DNA of 63,987 bases, the filler included, from Octopus bimaculoides (taxonomy: Eukaryota): NCBI RefSeq assembly GCF_001194135.2. It is 5 parts of 5 records of this genome, joined end to end, with 100 filler letters (N's around TTAATTAATTAA, not from the genome) between each part and the next. Parts side by side here need not be neighbours in the genome. Positions count along the whole stretch, not along the records: positions 25,305 to 33,943 come from NC_068991.1; positions 34,044 to 54,729 come from NC_068982.1; 3 more parts are not named here. One strand, given 5' to 3'. Position 1 is the stretch's first letter. Every line of letters begins with the position of its first letter. The translations under genes were made by a program, and so were the position numbers. The notes beneath the pieces were generated by a model. It saw only the letters and a list, made by a program, of their open reading frames with translations, was not told the origin of the DNA and searched no databases. Below are positions 26,991-40,419 of this stretch, piece after piece.

Positions 26991-27343
26991 GCCAGTTGAT
27001 AGCCTATGGGAAAGGGAGATAATCCCCTATTGCTTACCCTCGCAGCTGAATAATGGCAGCACAGCCTGATGCCAATAGTCAATTGCCATTGGCAAAGAGA
27101 GATAATCCCCTTGTTTACATTTGTAACAAAGCTTTTCTCCTCCATATTTTAAAGAGGTCTTAGGCCGACAGGTCTTGGGGCCTGATGATATACTATAAAG
27201 TTAAACCCTTATGGACGGGAAATCCAGGGTAACCCCACAAACTGGCCTTCCCCAGTAAAAAATATAGACTGGCCTACTTTTTAGAGTGTGCTTCTTCTCT
27301 GGATTTATGTTTTCTATAAATTATATATATATATATATATATA

Positions 27344-28122
27344 CTAGCAGAGATACCTGGCATTGCCCATGTTACATGCAAGTGAAGGATGAGACTTTTC
27401 TCTTAAATTTTGTGTAAGGAACTGGAATACATATGATTCGAATTTCATCAAAATTGCTCATGAGGGTTCTTTCCCTCTTTACACACCCTAAAAGAATTCT
27501 AATCATGAGACATGTATCCCATACTATTGATCTTTATGCGCATATTCCAAAATTTCAGTATTCTGGAACTTATAAAAAGGATTTTGTTCCTGAAAAATGG
27601 AGCTCATGGAGCTCTAAAATGTGGGAAAGAAGGCCCCTATTGGGGGTGGGTGTGTTAATGTCAACCAGTGAAGTTGAATTGTTGGGAATGTTTTTAACTT
27701 GGGTCTTATAATATGCCTGTATATATGTGAGAGTATAGTTTCACTTTAATAGTTTCAGTATGAAATTGAAAGTATTAAAGTGAACTTTCACTTTCATTTG
27801 AAATTACAGTAGCGACATGTTATTGTTTCACTTTTGACATGTAATACTGAAATAGTGGAATAGTTTCAGTGTTAAAGTGAAAGTATCTGACATTACAGTA
27901 GAGTGATGTTATTGTTTCAGTTTTGACACGTAATACTGAAATAGTGGAGGAGATATGATATTGCTGTGGGCTCGAACTATGCAAGAAGTTAAATATTTTT
28001 TTGGCCTAAGACACTACATGGACCTTAAGTAAGGCATGTGTTAATTTGGAATGAAATTGGTTGTGTAGTTCTGGAGTTTTAGGGATTCACACAGACAGAC
28101 ATTCTCATCTTTATATACCTGA
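27344..28122 (-). mobile_element. Non-autonomous Helitron-like element
   Basis: Minus strand begins TCAGGTATATAAAGATGAGAATGTCTGTCTGTG (5' TC) and ends with an imperfect hairpin (catgggcaatgccagg) followed by CTAG, abutting (TA)n. Confidence 0.65.
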
Positions 28123-29304
28123 TATTTATGCACACATTCCAAAATTCCAGTGTTATGGACCCTGTAAAAAGGATTTTGCTCCTGAAAAATGGAGCTCATA
28201 GAGCTGAAAAATTTGGGAGTTAAGGCCCCTGTTGGGGGTGGGTGTGTTAATGTCAACCAGAGAAGTTGAATTGTTGGGAATGTTTTTAACTTGGGTCTAA
28301 TATGTATTGTTTGAATTTCTTTGAAATAGGAAATATATGTATGTTCACTGGGTTTGTAAAAGAGAGCAAAGCTACAGGAAACCAATAGACGAATGATCAC
28401 GGTAATCAGTCAGCTACCCTAGCCTAGTCGTTACTACTCCCCAATGTAGGATTCCTCACCGTACAGGTGACAGACACAGCTGTAAGATGCGTTATGGATG
28501 TATAGCAATTGGAAGGGCATGACCCAATTGAAATAACAACGTGTGACGTTTGGAGTAAAGGGAAATGAAAGTGTCGCCTCTGGAGTTTGCAAATGACCAC
28601 TATACCGATAGGTAAGTGGGCAGAAAAAATTTACAATCAATAAATGTCTTAGAACAACCAGTCACTTATCTGGGAAGTCCTTGAAATCAATGTTACCAAC
28701 TGGGGACTATGTGTGACCCAGTGATAATAAAAAGACTCAAAGGATTTCTGCAACGAAATAATTTTACTCAACACTTTGCAAGTGAATAAGTGGAGGCAAA
28801 GATGCGTCTCATTTACTTGACAATTTATGCACCACATTGCAGAAATCACAATGTAACTATATCTGAAAGGATAGTCTTACACTGTTGTACCGTTGAATTA
28901 GAAATAATGCTCATCTGTCATGTTCAATTGACCCTATAGCTTCCAATAGTACAACTGTATTCATCTTTGCTTAAGAAAAATGACTAAATTGTGGGTGTGA
29001 AGTGCCCATGAAGGGGTTTTTGTAACTTCTAAGAAGAAATTTTAGAAATATTACTTCATTTGTGTGTAATATGTATGGTTAAAATTTCATCAACGTCAAA
29101 AATATATGAATTTTCATGGTGGTTATGGCCGTTATGCATAGAATATAATTTCCAAATTTCATAAAGATCCATCCAATATGCCAACTTTTTGAACTTTGTG
29201 ATGAGGTACTCCATTAATTTTTCCTATGGAGAAGGTAAAGTCCTTCTAGTAGTGGGTATTAAGAATTCTGCTCAACCCCTAACTCTCTTGGATTATATAT
29301 ATAT

Positions 29305-30350
29305 CATCATCATCATCATCATCGTTTAACATCTGCTTTCCATGCTAGCATGGTTTGGACGATTTGACTGAGGACTGGTGAAACCGGATGGCAACACCAG
29401 GCTCCAATCTAATTTGGCAGTTTCTACAGCTGGATGCCCTTCCTAACGCCAACCACTCAGAGAGTGTAGTGGGTGCTTTTACGTGTCACCCGCACGAAGG
29501 CCAGTCAGGCGGTACTGGCAACAGCCACGCTCAAAATGGTGTCTTTTATGTGCCACCCGCACAAGGGCCAGTCCAGGGACACTGGCAACGATCTCGCTCG
29601 AAAATCCTACGAAGGCCAGTCAGGCGGTACTGGCAACNNNNNNNNNNNNNNNNNNNNNNNNNNNNNNNNNNNNNNNNNNNNNNNNNNNNNNNNNNNNNNN
29701 NNNNNNNNNNNNNNNNNNNNNNNNNNNNNNNNNNNNNNNNNNNNNNNNNNNNNNNNNNNNNNNNNNNNNNNNNNNNNNNNNNNNNNNNNNNNNNNNNNNN
29801 NNNNNNNNNNNNNNNNNNNNNNNNNNNNNNNNNNNNNNNNNNNNNNNNNNNNNNNNNNNNNNNNNNNNNNNNNNNNNNNNNNNNNNNNNNNNNNNNNNNN
29901 NNNNNNNNNNNNNNNNNNNNNNNNNNNNNNNNNNNNNNNNNNNNNNNNNNNNNNNNNNNNNNNNNNNNNNNNNNNNNNNNNNNNNNNNNNNNNNNNNNNN
30001 NNNNNTCTCTTGCACACCACAACTGATGCTTCTTATGTTCAGCTTTTCTCTCAAGTTACTTACACTCTGACGGGTATGCACACTGACATTACACATGCAA
30101 CGGAGCATACTGGCTTCATTCCCTGCGAGCTTACGCATGTCCTCAGCAGTCACAGCCCATGTTTCACTGCCATGTAGCATGGCTGTTCGTACACATGCGT
30201 CATACAGTCTGCCTTTTACTCTGAGTCAGAGGCCCCTTGTCACCAGCAGAGGTAAGAGCTCTCTGAACTTTGCCCAGGCTATTCTTATTCTAGCAGCTAC
30301 ACTTTCAGCGCACAAGCCAAAAGGAAAATGTTTTCCAATGTTCTGCAGTG
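29305..30350 (-). mobile_element. RTE LINE 3' part (RT C-terminus plus 3'UTR) spanning a gap
   Basis: ORF 29620-30180: MLHGSETWAVTAEDMRKLAGNEASMLRCMCNVSVH; the 3'UTR with (CAT)n lies on the other side of the gap. Confidence 0.85.
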
Positions 30351-32400
30351 TGAGGACCAGCAGATTGAGGTGTTTCATTTTGCAAGACAGTATGTCAGAA
30401 AGTCATGATGTTGTAGGAGAGAATTGCATTTGCATGGATGGTGGTTCATTTGCAGTTAGTGACTCTGCAAGGAAAGAGGCTTAGAAGTGTCACTATGAAG
30501 GCTGCTAAATGTAGAGAACTCGTGCGAGAAGGAGAATCTACATAATGTTGACCTAGCAGAGGGACCAGGTATCTAAATAGACAGCAGCTTGGTAGATAAA
30601 TCTATGAAGAATATGAAGATAGGGAAAGCCTCCAGCCCATCAGAAATTACTGCGTAGATACTTAAAATTAGCTGGCAGAGTGGGATACAGTCTCATCACT
30701 TGTATAGTTAATCAGGTTGTCCACAAGGGTGTCATACCCAATGACTGTTGTAGCAACATTATAGTCAACTGCTACAGAGGTAAAAATGTCTTAGATAGAA
30801 ATAATTACAGAGGTATCAAATTGTTAAATCAGATGATGAAAAGTACAGAGAGGATCATAGTCCAACTAATTAGGAAGAGAGTTAGTTAGTGTAGATGAGA
30901 AGCAGTTTTGTTTTGTGCCAGGGAGAAGCACCACTGATGCTATATTCCTGGTAAGGCAGCTGCAGGAGAAGTACATAGCCAAAAATAAACCTCTGTACTT
31001 GGTTTTTGTTGACATGGAGAAAGCCTTTGACAGGGTCCCCTGATCGTTTATCTGGTGGTCAATGCAGAAGCTAGGGATAGGTGAGTGGTTGGTGAGAGCT
31101 GTACAGGTCATGTACAGGGATGCTGTCAGTAAGGTGGAAGTAAGCAACAAGTATAGCAATGTATTCAGGGTACAGGTAGGAGTTCAGCAATGATTGCTTC
31201 CACAGCTTCCTCCTGTTTATTGTAATCCTCCAGGCCATACCAGAGAAATTTAAGATAGGCTGCCCTTGGGAACTCCTCTGTGCTGATGACATTGTTCTTA
31301 TAGTTGAATCACTACCAAAGTCATAGTGAGTTGAGAAACAGAAAAAAATCACAAATCCCCTCAGGGAGATGGCCCAGCTTGATATGTATAAAAAGGTGTA
31401 GGTAAAAACTCCATAAAGTGTACCCAGTGCAAGCTATGGACACATAAGAGGAAGGTTTCAGAGGAAGGTTTACAGAGGAAGTAGTCTTTGTGTGTGGCAG
31501 TTGTGTAGGCACAATAAACACTAGGAATGTACAAAGAATAGACTTTGTCAAATGCCCAGGGGGATATTTAGAAGTAGTGGGTAGCTTCTGTTGCCTAGGT
31601 GACCAAATCAGCAGTGGAGGAGGATGCTCTGAGAGTATAGCTGCTAGAATACGAATGGGCCAGGTGAAGTTCAGAGAGCTTGCACCTTTGTTGGTGACAA
31701 AGGGCCTCTCCCTCAGAGTGAAAGGTAGATTGTATGATGCTTGTGTGTGAATAGCCATGCAACATAGCAGTGAAACATGGGCTTTGACTGCAGAAGACAT
31801 GCGAAGGCTTGAAAGAAATGAGGCTAGTATGCTGTGCTGGATATGCAATGTCAGTGTGCACATACAACAGATGTCTCAAGAGAAAAATTGGGAATGAGGC
31901 ATCAGATATAGTGTGCAAGAGAGAAAATGGCAATGGTATGGCTATGTGATGTGTATGGATGAGGATAGCTGCATAAAGTAGTGTTGATTTCTAACTTTGG
32001 AAGGAACCTGTGGAAGATGTAGACCCAAGACGATGTGGGAGTATGATCTTTAGATGTTGAGTATCATGGAGGTGAGGACAAGTGACTAAGACTTTTGGCA
32101 GTTTGCTGTGCTTGAGAAAATATGTCAAGCTAAGTGAAATCATATTGTGGCCAGTGCCAGTGATACGTAAAAGGCACCCATGCTGGTGACATGTAAAAGG
32201 CACTATGCTGGTGGCATGTAAAAGGCACTTGTGCCAGTGACATGTAAAAAGTACACAGTGTACTTTATGGAGTGGTTGGCATTAGGAAGGGCATCCAGCT
32301 GTAGAAACCAAGCCAAAACAGATTGGAGCCTGATGCAGCTCTCCAGCTTACCAGTTCCTGTCAAACTGTCTAACTCATGGCAGCATGGAAAACATGCTAA

Positions 32401-32430
<30 letters not shown>
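30351..32430 (+). mobile_element. RTE LINE, 5'-truncated and decayed
   Basis: Linker ...HDVVGENCICMDGGS; RT segments NYRGIKLLNQMMK, FVDMEKAFDRV, CCLGDQISSGGGCSESIAARIRMGQVKFREL...KGRLYDACV; 3'UTR and (GAT)n tail. Confidence 0.9.
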
Positions 32431-32432
<2 letters not shown>

Positions 32433-33370
32433 ATATTACAAATTGAATTACTAACATAGTTTATATAAAATATGGCCCTAATTGAAATCTCAATCAATAA
32501 AATACAGCAGCTGGCTGTAGCAACATATGTCTAAATTAATCTAGCACAGATAATTCCCACATTGTTTGAATATGCAATAAAAATATCTTTCGTAAAGCAT
32601 TCATATTTAGTTTTAGTGTAAAAGTTTGATAGAGTCATGTCTTAGAATCTAATTATACCCATCTGTTTTCTCCTGGCTGGTCAATAAATCTTTATTATTT
32701 GATGAAAACTTGATCCTCATATAAATATTTACATCAGCATTTTCTTGTATGCATGGATGTCAATTCCTTGAAAAGAAGCAATTACAAGGTCTTATATAAG
32801 AAAAGTTCAAGGGGATGGAAATCAAAATTGAAAAGCAGTTTAGTGAAGCAACTTGATAAAAAGACAGCCTTACCTATTGATATCTAACTTGTAATAATGA
32901 GAATTTAGTTTTTAGTTTAAATTTCAACACTTTTACAGAAGTGGCTTAGTGTTGAAGGGGTTAATTAAATAAAACTAATAACAGAATACAATGCCTCTAG
33001 CCATGTGATTTAATGCTACTGTGTGGCATCTGGTAAATGTCTTCTACCAAAGTGGAATTTAGTCGATGGAAATTGTATGTATGTAGGAATAATGATGTAT
33101 GGTGGTCTTACCAGTTAGTGTTTCAACAAATTCACTGTATATTTGTTGTGATGAAAAGTAGATGTGAAAAGTATAAAACTATCATGAAAGTACATACTTT
33201 TCTCTGTCCGATCAAGAAATAGACATCAGTTTGACTCATTTCAATATCTTTATTGCTTCATCAAGGGTTAGTTACTAATTTTTTTGATCACCAACAGAAA
33301 GAATAACTTATGATTATTCAAAATAGACACAAATGCAGATAGAACTGGTCTTACTGGAGTTATAGTGAAA

Positions 33371-33640
33371 GCATGTGGCTTAGTAGTTTGAAGATTCAGT
33401 TCATGATTGCAAGGTCATGAGTTCAATTCCTGGTGACATGGTATGTCTTTGAGCAAGACACTTTATTTCATGTTGTTCACTCAGCTGGCAAAAATGAGTA
33501 GTACCTATATTTCAAAGGGTCAGCCTTGTCACAGTCTGTGTCATGCTGAATCATCATGAGAACTACATTAAGGGTACACATATCTGTGGAGGGCTTAGCC
33601 ACATGCATGTTAATTTTATGAGCAGGCTGTTCCATTGGTC
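33371..33640 (+). mobile_element. tRNA-derived SINE (family C)
   Basis: A-box-like tggcttagtagtt, B-box gagttcaattcc, then a gtctttgagcaagacactt core-like segment. Confidence 0.65.
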
Positions 33641-33764
33641 TTTCTTCTCTTCATTATCCCTTCTTTCAGGGCCTCATTTTTCAAAGAATACAGTGTAAGT
33701 TGGCCTGGAGGTTTCAAGGCATGGGTCTTTGGACAAGGCAAGTTTGAATTGTAGTAGTTGTAGT

Positions 33765-33943
33765 CATCATCGTTTAACGTCCGCTTTCCATGCTAGCATG
33801 GGTTGGACGATCTGACTGAGGACTGGTGAAACCGGATGGCAACACCAGGCTCCAGTCTGATTTGGCAGAGTTTCTACAGCTGGATGCCCTTCCTAACGCC
33901 AACCACTCAGAGAGTGTAGTGGGTGCTTTTACGTGTCACCCTC
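33765..33943 (-). mobile_element. Young RTE 3'-tail copy
   Basis: catcatcgtttaacgtccgctttccatgctagc...; differs by about one base from the reverse complement of 34135-34320. Confidence 0.9.
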
Positions 33944-34043
33944 NNNNNNNNNNNNNNNNNNNNNNNNNNNNNNNNNNNNNNNNNNNNTTAATTAATTAAN
34001 NNNNNNNNNNNNNNNNNNNNNNNNNNNNNNNNNNNNNNNNNNN

Positions 34044-34335
34044 CTGTAGGATTTTCGAGCGAGATCGTTGCCAGTGCCCCTGGACTGGCTTGTGCGGGTG
34101 GCACATAAAAGACACCATTTCGAGCGTGGCCGTTTTCGTGCGGGTGACACGTAAAAGCACCCACTACACTCTCTGAGTGGTTGGCGTTAGGAAGGGCATC
34201 CAGCTGTAGAAACTCTGCCAAATCAGACTGGAGCCTGGTGTTGCCATCCGGTTTCACCAGTCCTCAGTCAAATCGTCCAACCCATGCTAGCATGGAAAGC
34301 GGACGTTAAACGATGATGATGATGATGATGATGAC
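34044..34335 (+). mobile_element. Young RTE 3'-tail copy
   Basis: Ends ...catggaaagcggacgttaaacgatgatgat; CpGs are intact. Confidence 0.9.
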
Positions 34336-34761
34336 ATTTGGTAGAGCTTATGTTTTAAAAGTTGTCTTTCCTACTGTTAACAACTTATTAATGATTTCAC
34401 TGTACTTGTATAATCCTATGTTTAATACTCTGACAGCATAACCTCTTGTCTTATTGTTTTGCAATCACTATTTTATGCGAGGGATAGAATTGGCAGATCT
34501 TGATATATGCTGATGTAATACTGAAACAAGGATTTTACAACTGAATGCTCTTTCTCACCACTCAACCATGATGCTGCCAAGATAGCCATTTTCAATGCTA
34601 CAAGCAGAGTGAATACTAATTCTTAAAATGCTCAGCCTATTAAGTTCTAATTGTCCTTTGAGTGCTGCTTAGAAAAGAATGGGCTCTGTTCTCTGTATGA
34701 CATAATTTAGCTTCTTGTTTTAATCTAAATATTTCAATTTTATTTTTACCATTTTAAATAG

Positions 34762-34923
34762 GAATCTGTTCCAGAAAACCTTGAACTAAAAAAAGAAGTA
34801 CTAAAATCCATAGATTTATATCTTTCCAATGAAGCACTACTAGCCAGTTCTTCCAGCTGCATTGTTCCATCAAAGTTATCTGAAGAGCTTAAGCACCGGA
34901 ATCAAATGTTTATTGCTCATCCT
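34762..34923 (+). CDS. CRYL1: Lambda-crystallin homolog / L-gulonate 3-dehydrogenase, internal exon (162 nt)
   Basis: AG at 34760-61, GT at 34924. Reads ESVPENLELKKEVLKSIDLYLSNEALLASSSSCIVPSKLSEELKHRNQMFIAHP, matching CRYL1 ECVPEDLELKK...LSSSTSCLMPS...IVAHP, including the 3-hydroxyacyl-CoA dehydrogenase-family catalytic His. Confidence 0.95.
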
Positions 34924-36289
34924 GTAAGTTTTCATTATTATTACTGTGCCAATGTAAGAAATCATTATTTTAGTGTTCTAACATCAAAAGAATTGAAGAG
35001 TAGCAGAGACAGTTAAATACTTATACAAATGTCTTATGATATTTAGTTATAATCATATATTATAGAAGTCAATTTTTCTTTCATTCTTTTATGGTTACAG
35101 AGAAATATACTGTAATTTTATTTTTTCAGAGTGTGGTAAAGTATTTTTTGTTATTTTTGTAATGGGATTTGTTTTGTTGTTAAGCCCTAGGTCAGTCCTG
35201 ATTTAGAGGACCTATGATTATGGGCATTCCAGATGCGAACATAACTTTTTAGTGATATGCAGGACTACATGAACCAATGTAACCCTTCCTTATTTAAGGA
35301 GACTCCATTCATGGGCTTGGGGTTTCTTTTGTTGTAAGGCAAAGACTTAACTGCGTAGTTTAAGAAGTTCATTTCTTAACCACATGGTTTTGGGTTCATT
35401 GCCACTGTCCATTGTGTGGCACCTCAGGCAAGTCTCTTCTACTATAACCCTGAGTTGACTAAATCCTTGAGAGTGGATTTAGTAGATAGAAACTGAAAGA
35501 AGCCCGTTTTACGCACACATGCACGCACACACACACACATAATACATTATTTTGGGGATGTGAATATGTTTGTGTGTCCTTGTCTTGACATTGCATGATA
35601 ATTCCAAATGAGCATCACTGTTGTTTAAGCAGTGTCTTCCAATTCCAATCTTCTGTGAAAACACAACTGACCATAGGAAAATATCACTTAGCTTGGAAGT
35701 ACATGAGGGTTGGCAATAAGAAGGACATCCAGTAATAGAAAATCTGTCTCAACAAATCCATCTGGCTTGTGCAAACATGGAAAAGTAGACATTAAAATAA
35801 CATCAACAATGATGCTGATTGTGCCCCTTTATATTACTCTTGTTTGTTGTTGTTATATAGATTTTGTTTTGCATAAGTTGTTATTGTATTGATAGTGTCA
35901 CATAAAAATTTTAATATGGTAGTTATGATAGCAATAAAGAGTATCTGAAGTTTTTTTAATATATTAACTTTATCTTATGTGCCTAAAGCCAAACCTGCTC
36001 TGTTGGATATTGCGTTTAGATGCATTTCCTTGACAACACTGAAATAAGTACAAGGTAAATTGTCAACAAGTACTCCTCTTATTTTGTTCTAAAATTCAGA
36101 ATCCAATTAAGTTGCTATTTACTTTGTTTATAGTGTCTTTTTTTTTTTTTGACATTTTCCTGAACAGTAAAGGAAAAAATCTAAGACAACTGCAGAAAAA
36201 GCAGTTGAACTTCAGAAATTTTTATGCTGAAATGAAATAGCTATTTGGTCTAGTATGGGCATCAGCTGGATCCCCTCTAGCAGCTGACA

Positions 36290-36790
36290 ATACAAGCATC
36301 CTGACTGATCTACAAGACATACTCTTGCACTGGAAGGAATATTTTTCCACCTTCCTAAATAGAAATTCAAATGTAGCTGAGGACTTCCTGAGACACTTTC
36401 TAAATCATCTTCCTCAGCTGTGTATGAGCAGATCAAGCCTGGAGGTTTACCCTTGCAAACCCATATCTTCACCCTCATCCTGAAGATGTGGGAATCCCAA
36501 CATGTTCCTAAAAAACTGAAAGATGCAGTCATCATCATGATCTTCAAAAAAGTTGATAGAAAAGCCTGTTCTTTTATTCTTTTACTTGTTTTAGTCATTT
36601 GACTGTGGCTATGCTGGAGCACTGCCTTTAGTTAAGCAAATCAACCCCAGAACTTATCATTTGTAAGCCTAGTACTTATATTTTAGACTCTTTTGCTGAA
36701 CTGCTAAGTTATGGGGATGTAAACATACCAGCATCAGTTGTCAAGCGATGTTGGGGGGGGACAAACACAGACACACAAACATACACACAT

Positions 36791-36880
<90 letters not shown>

Positions 36881-38330
36881 CAAATCCACTCACAAAGCTT
36901 TGGTTTGCCTGAGGCTATAGTAGAAGACACTTGTCCAAGGTGCCATACAACGGGACTGAACCCGGAACCATGTGGTTGGTAAGCAAACTTCTTACCACAC
37001 AACTACTCCTGGTAACTATAGAGGAATAGTGTTACTATCCATCACTGAAAAGGTCTTTGCTAGGATTCTTCTAAATCATCAAAAAGATCCTACCAGAATC
37101 TCAATGTGATTTTCTGTGCAAGGCAACTCCGAGAGAAAAGCAGGGAACAACAAAAGCCCATTTTCTTTGTTTTCTATGACTTAGAAAAGGCCTTTGATAG
37201 GGTTTCAAGAGCTGCTATGTAAAAGGTTCTGCATTGATTTGGATATCCTGATCACTTTGTCACTTTGGTTCAAGCAGTGCATGACATATGTCTGGATGTG
37301 TATTCCATCAAAACATGCTGTCAGAAGAATTTCCAATCATGTGTGGACGAAAGCAAGTATGCATCTTGGCACCTACACTATTCTCCTTGTATCTGGTTGC
37401 AATGCTTCATGAACTTCCTCCAGACAATCCAAGAGTTGGCATTAGATATCAATAAGATGGAGGACTTTTCAAGCTTAGTAGAGTTCAATCTAAGCATCTA
37501 ACACACATGCAACACATCTCAGAACTTCAATATGCTGATGACAATGCTGACTTCTGCCATTCAAAAGAACTCCTCCAACAGTCTGTGAACAACTTTGCTA
37601 TGACCTACCAATCACTTTAGCCTTACAACAAACATCAAGAAAACCAAGGTCCTTGCACAACCAGCCCCAAATACCACCTTACTAGTCATTTATCAAACAA
37701 GTGCATCTCAGAAAAGGATATGGAAACAGAATTGGAGCTGCACATGGGGCATTTGGAAAGCTAATCAAGCTCATCTTCAACAACAAAGATCTTAACTTAG
37801 CAACAAAAATTATAGTCTATGATGCTGTTGTCATTTCAACCTTACTCTACGGCTGCAAAATCTGGATATCATTGTGACATCCAAAAATAAGAACACTTTC
37901 GCCAACAAAAGTTTCATTCAATCTTGAGCATCAAATGGGAACACTATGTTACCAACAACAAAGTCATGGAAAGTGCCAATAGTCAAAGTATCGAATCACT
38001 GATAGTGAAACACTGTTTTCAATGGTCAGGACATGTAGTAAGAATGGAAAAGTCAAGGTTCCCATGCCAAGTCTTATTTGTCTTATTTGTCCTTGTATCT
38101 TCGAAGATACAAGGACAAATTCAAAGCAACACTGAAAGCCACTGGAATTGAGCCTAAATCATTTGAAACACAAGATCAAGACCATACCAAGTGGTAGTGT
38201 TCCATCACCATTGAAGCCAAAAACTTTGAAGTCACCAGAAGAGAAAAGGAAGAAATCAAATGACAGGTGAGAAAGGCTTAACAAAATCAACCTTGTCCTC
38301 CACCAACATAATTGACTTTTCTATGCAAGA
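36290..38330 (+). mobile_element. RTE-BovB-like LINE remnant, split by a family B SINE
   Basis: VPKKLKDAVIIMIFKKVDRKAC|GNYRGI (rejoined across the SINE at 36571-37010); FYDLEKAFDRV; LAPTLFSLY; ELQYADD; QWSGHVVRMEKSRFP. Confidence 0.85.
36571..37010 (-). mobile_element. Family B SINE with internal (CA)n
   Basis: Reverse complement of the 13812-14290 family; interrupts the LINE reading frame. Confidence 0.85.
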
Positions 38331-38663
38331 ATTGGTCTACAGTCATCAATGCCATCACCATAGGGGAAGCATTCAGCAAAGAAGAAACTAAATTCTCAAA
38401 TATGAGATAAAGCCAATGATGAAGAGAGAAATAGATCTTTTGTGATCCTGTTAGTAAAATAATGTAATAATAATTACAACTTGTAAGTACAAGTTTGGAA
38501 TAATATAAAATTCAAACTAAAATTACAACTGATTTATTGTGAAAATGTCTGAAAAGGATGGTGTAGTCTGATACAGTTTTTTGATGTTTGTGAAATTATG
38601 TTTATCCTAAATTTTTCATCTGTTAATCTTGGACTAATTTTTAAACTAAATTTCCTTTATCAG

Positions 38664-38858
38664 GTAAATCCACCTTTCTTTGCTCCTGCAGTTGAACTTG
38701 TTCCTGCTCCATGGACTGACAGTAAAATCATGAATAAGGCAGAGAAAATTATGAATGAAATTGGCCAGGTACCAATACAACTGAAAAAAGAGTGTGATGG
38801 CTTTCTTATCAACAGAATCCAGTATGCTATTTTGCAGGCATCATGGCAACTTATAAAA
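38664..38858 (+). CDS. CRYL1: CRYL1 internal exon (195 nt)
   Basis: cag|GTAAAT...ATAAAA|gtaaga. Reads VNPPFFAPAVELVPAPWTDSKIMNKAEKIMNEIGQVPIQLKKECDGFLINRIQYAILQASWQLIK, matching CRYL1 VNPPYYIPLVELVP...GFVLNRLQYA; phase 0/0. Confidence 0.95.
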
Positions 38859-40419
38859 GTAAGAGATTTTACATTAAATATATGACATTAATTTGTCACC
38901 TTTTACTGGCAGAAATTTTACACACTAATCTTACTGAAATCACTATATATTTATTTGAGGGAATTTTTGTGATATTGATACAAAAACTGATTCCAGTTGA
39001 GGAGAGAATGCTTTCTGGTGCAACAGTTGAATTATGTTTTTTTTAGTCTCAGAACTGTAAAAATAAAAATACTGAGCTGGTTATTGGACCAGAAGAAACA
39101 GCTTTAAGCTTACAGCTGACCCAAAAAAAATTGATGTAGTCTTACTGTTGTGATTGATATTTGTAATAAATTACAACTATCACAACACAGACTGAAAAGT
39201 TCCTTAGTTGTTTGTGTAACAAAGCCAGAACACTATAAGAAATTGCTTATGGCTTGTAAATAATGTTTTACCCACTCATATAAAAATATGTAAACATGTG
39301 CAGCTACTATTCCAGTCAAAAAAAAATGTCTGTTCAATTTGATAAATGTATTTAATCAGAAAGAAACAGCTCACCAATTGTAGGCCAATTCATTGTTCAG
39401 GGTCACCGACTGTAGAAAATTTTTAAAAATTGAATACAGGGAGGGTTATCAAGTGTAGGAAGAACAAGGAATTATTTTAAAGATTAATAACAACAACAAT
39501 TTTTACTTTATTTTTCTACACATTGGTGCAGGTATGGCTGTGCAGTTAAAAAGTTATCTCATAACCTTATAATTTTAGCTTCAATTCCACTTTGTAGCAC
39601 TTTGGACTTCTACTGTAGGCCTGAGATGACTCATGACTTGGGAGTGAATTTGGTTGATGGAAACTGGAAGTCTGTGTGTATGTGAACACATCTTTGTGTT
39701 GCACTACTACTTGACAACCGGTGTCAGTACCTCAACTTAGCTGTAAGTCAATGACTAAAACAAGTAAATGAATAAAAGTAAGGAATAAAAGTTAGAATAA
39801 TGCAATAAAAATAGTTTCAAATTTTAGCACAAGGCTAGAAATTTTGAGAGAGGGGTTAAGTCAATTGTAGCAGTAGTGGTTAAAAATCATATCACTGTAA
39901 ATACCACAGTGAACAATAATAAATTTGGTTACACTATTTCAATAAGATGTGTTGTGGAATGTATATTCTCATATTTTACAAAACTAATAAGATTTATCTA
40001 GAAAGTGATTATGTTTTCTTGTTTGAAGATTTAAATGTGTAGAAGCAAATAAATAACCATCATTGAAGAGAGAAAGCTAATGTACATTTATTTAAACTGA
40101 AAGAATTTAACAGCTGGCAAATGATTTCTCATTCAGTTTAATATAATTTTGTTTTTTTTAGGGCAAAACAATACTGTTGGTCATTTCTATACTGTCTAGG
40201 CAAAATGAAATCTTACCTCAGAGCTAAAGAGAGCAAAATAATATAGCTTGTTTATGCTGCCTAGTGGAAATCTCAAGTAGAAACTGGTAAAGGAGCTAAG
40301 AGAATGAATAAAAGGCTTTTTTCTCCCCCCATTTAAGGAGATAAAATAGCTAAAACAAATGCACATAACAAAATGGTAAAAATTAACATGCCAGAAGTGA
40401 AATGAGTCTCACTATCATC

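Noticed and set aside
28506-28611. AG...AG|GTAAGT segment as a candidate missing CRYL1 exon
   Set aside because: Stops in all three frames and no similarity to CRYL1.
36290-38330. Horizontal-transfer claim for the BovB-like RTEs
   Set aside because: The copies are heavily decayed, and the clade resemblance was judged by eye; no phylogenetic evidence is available here.
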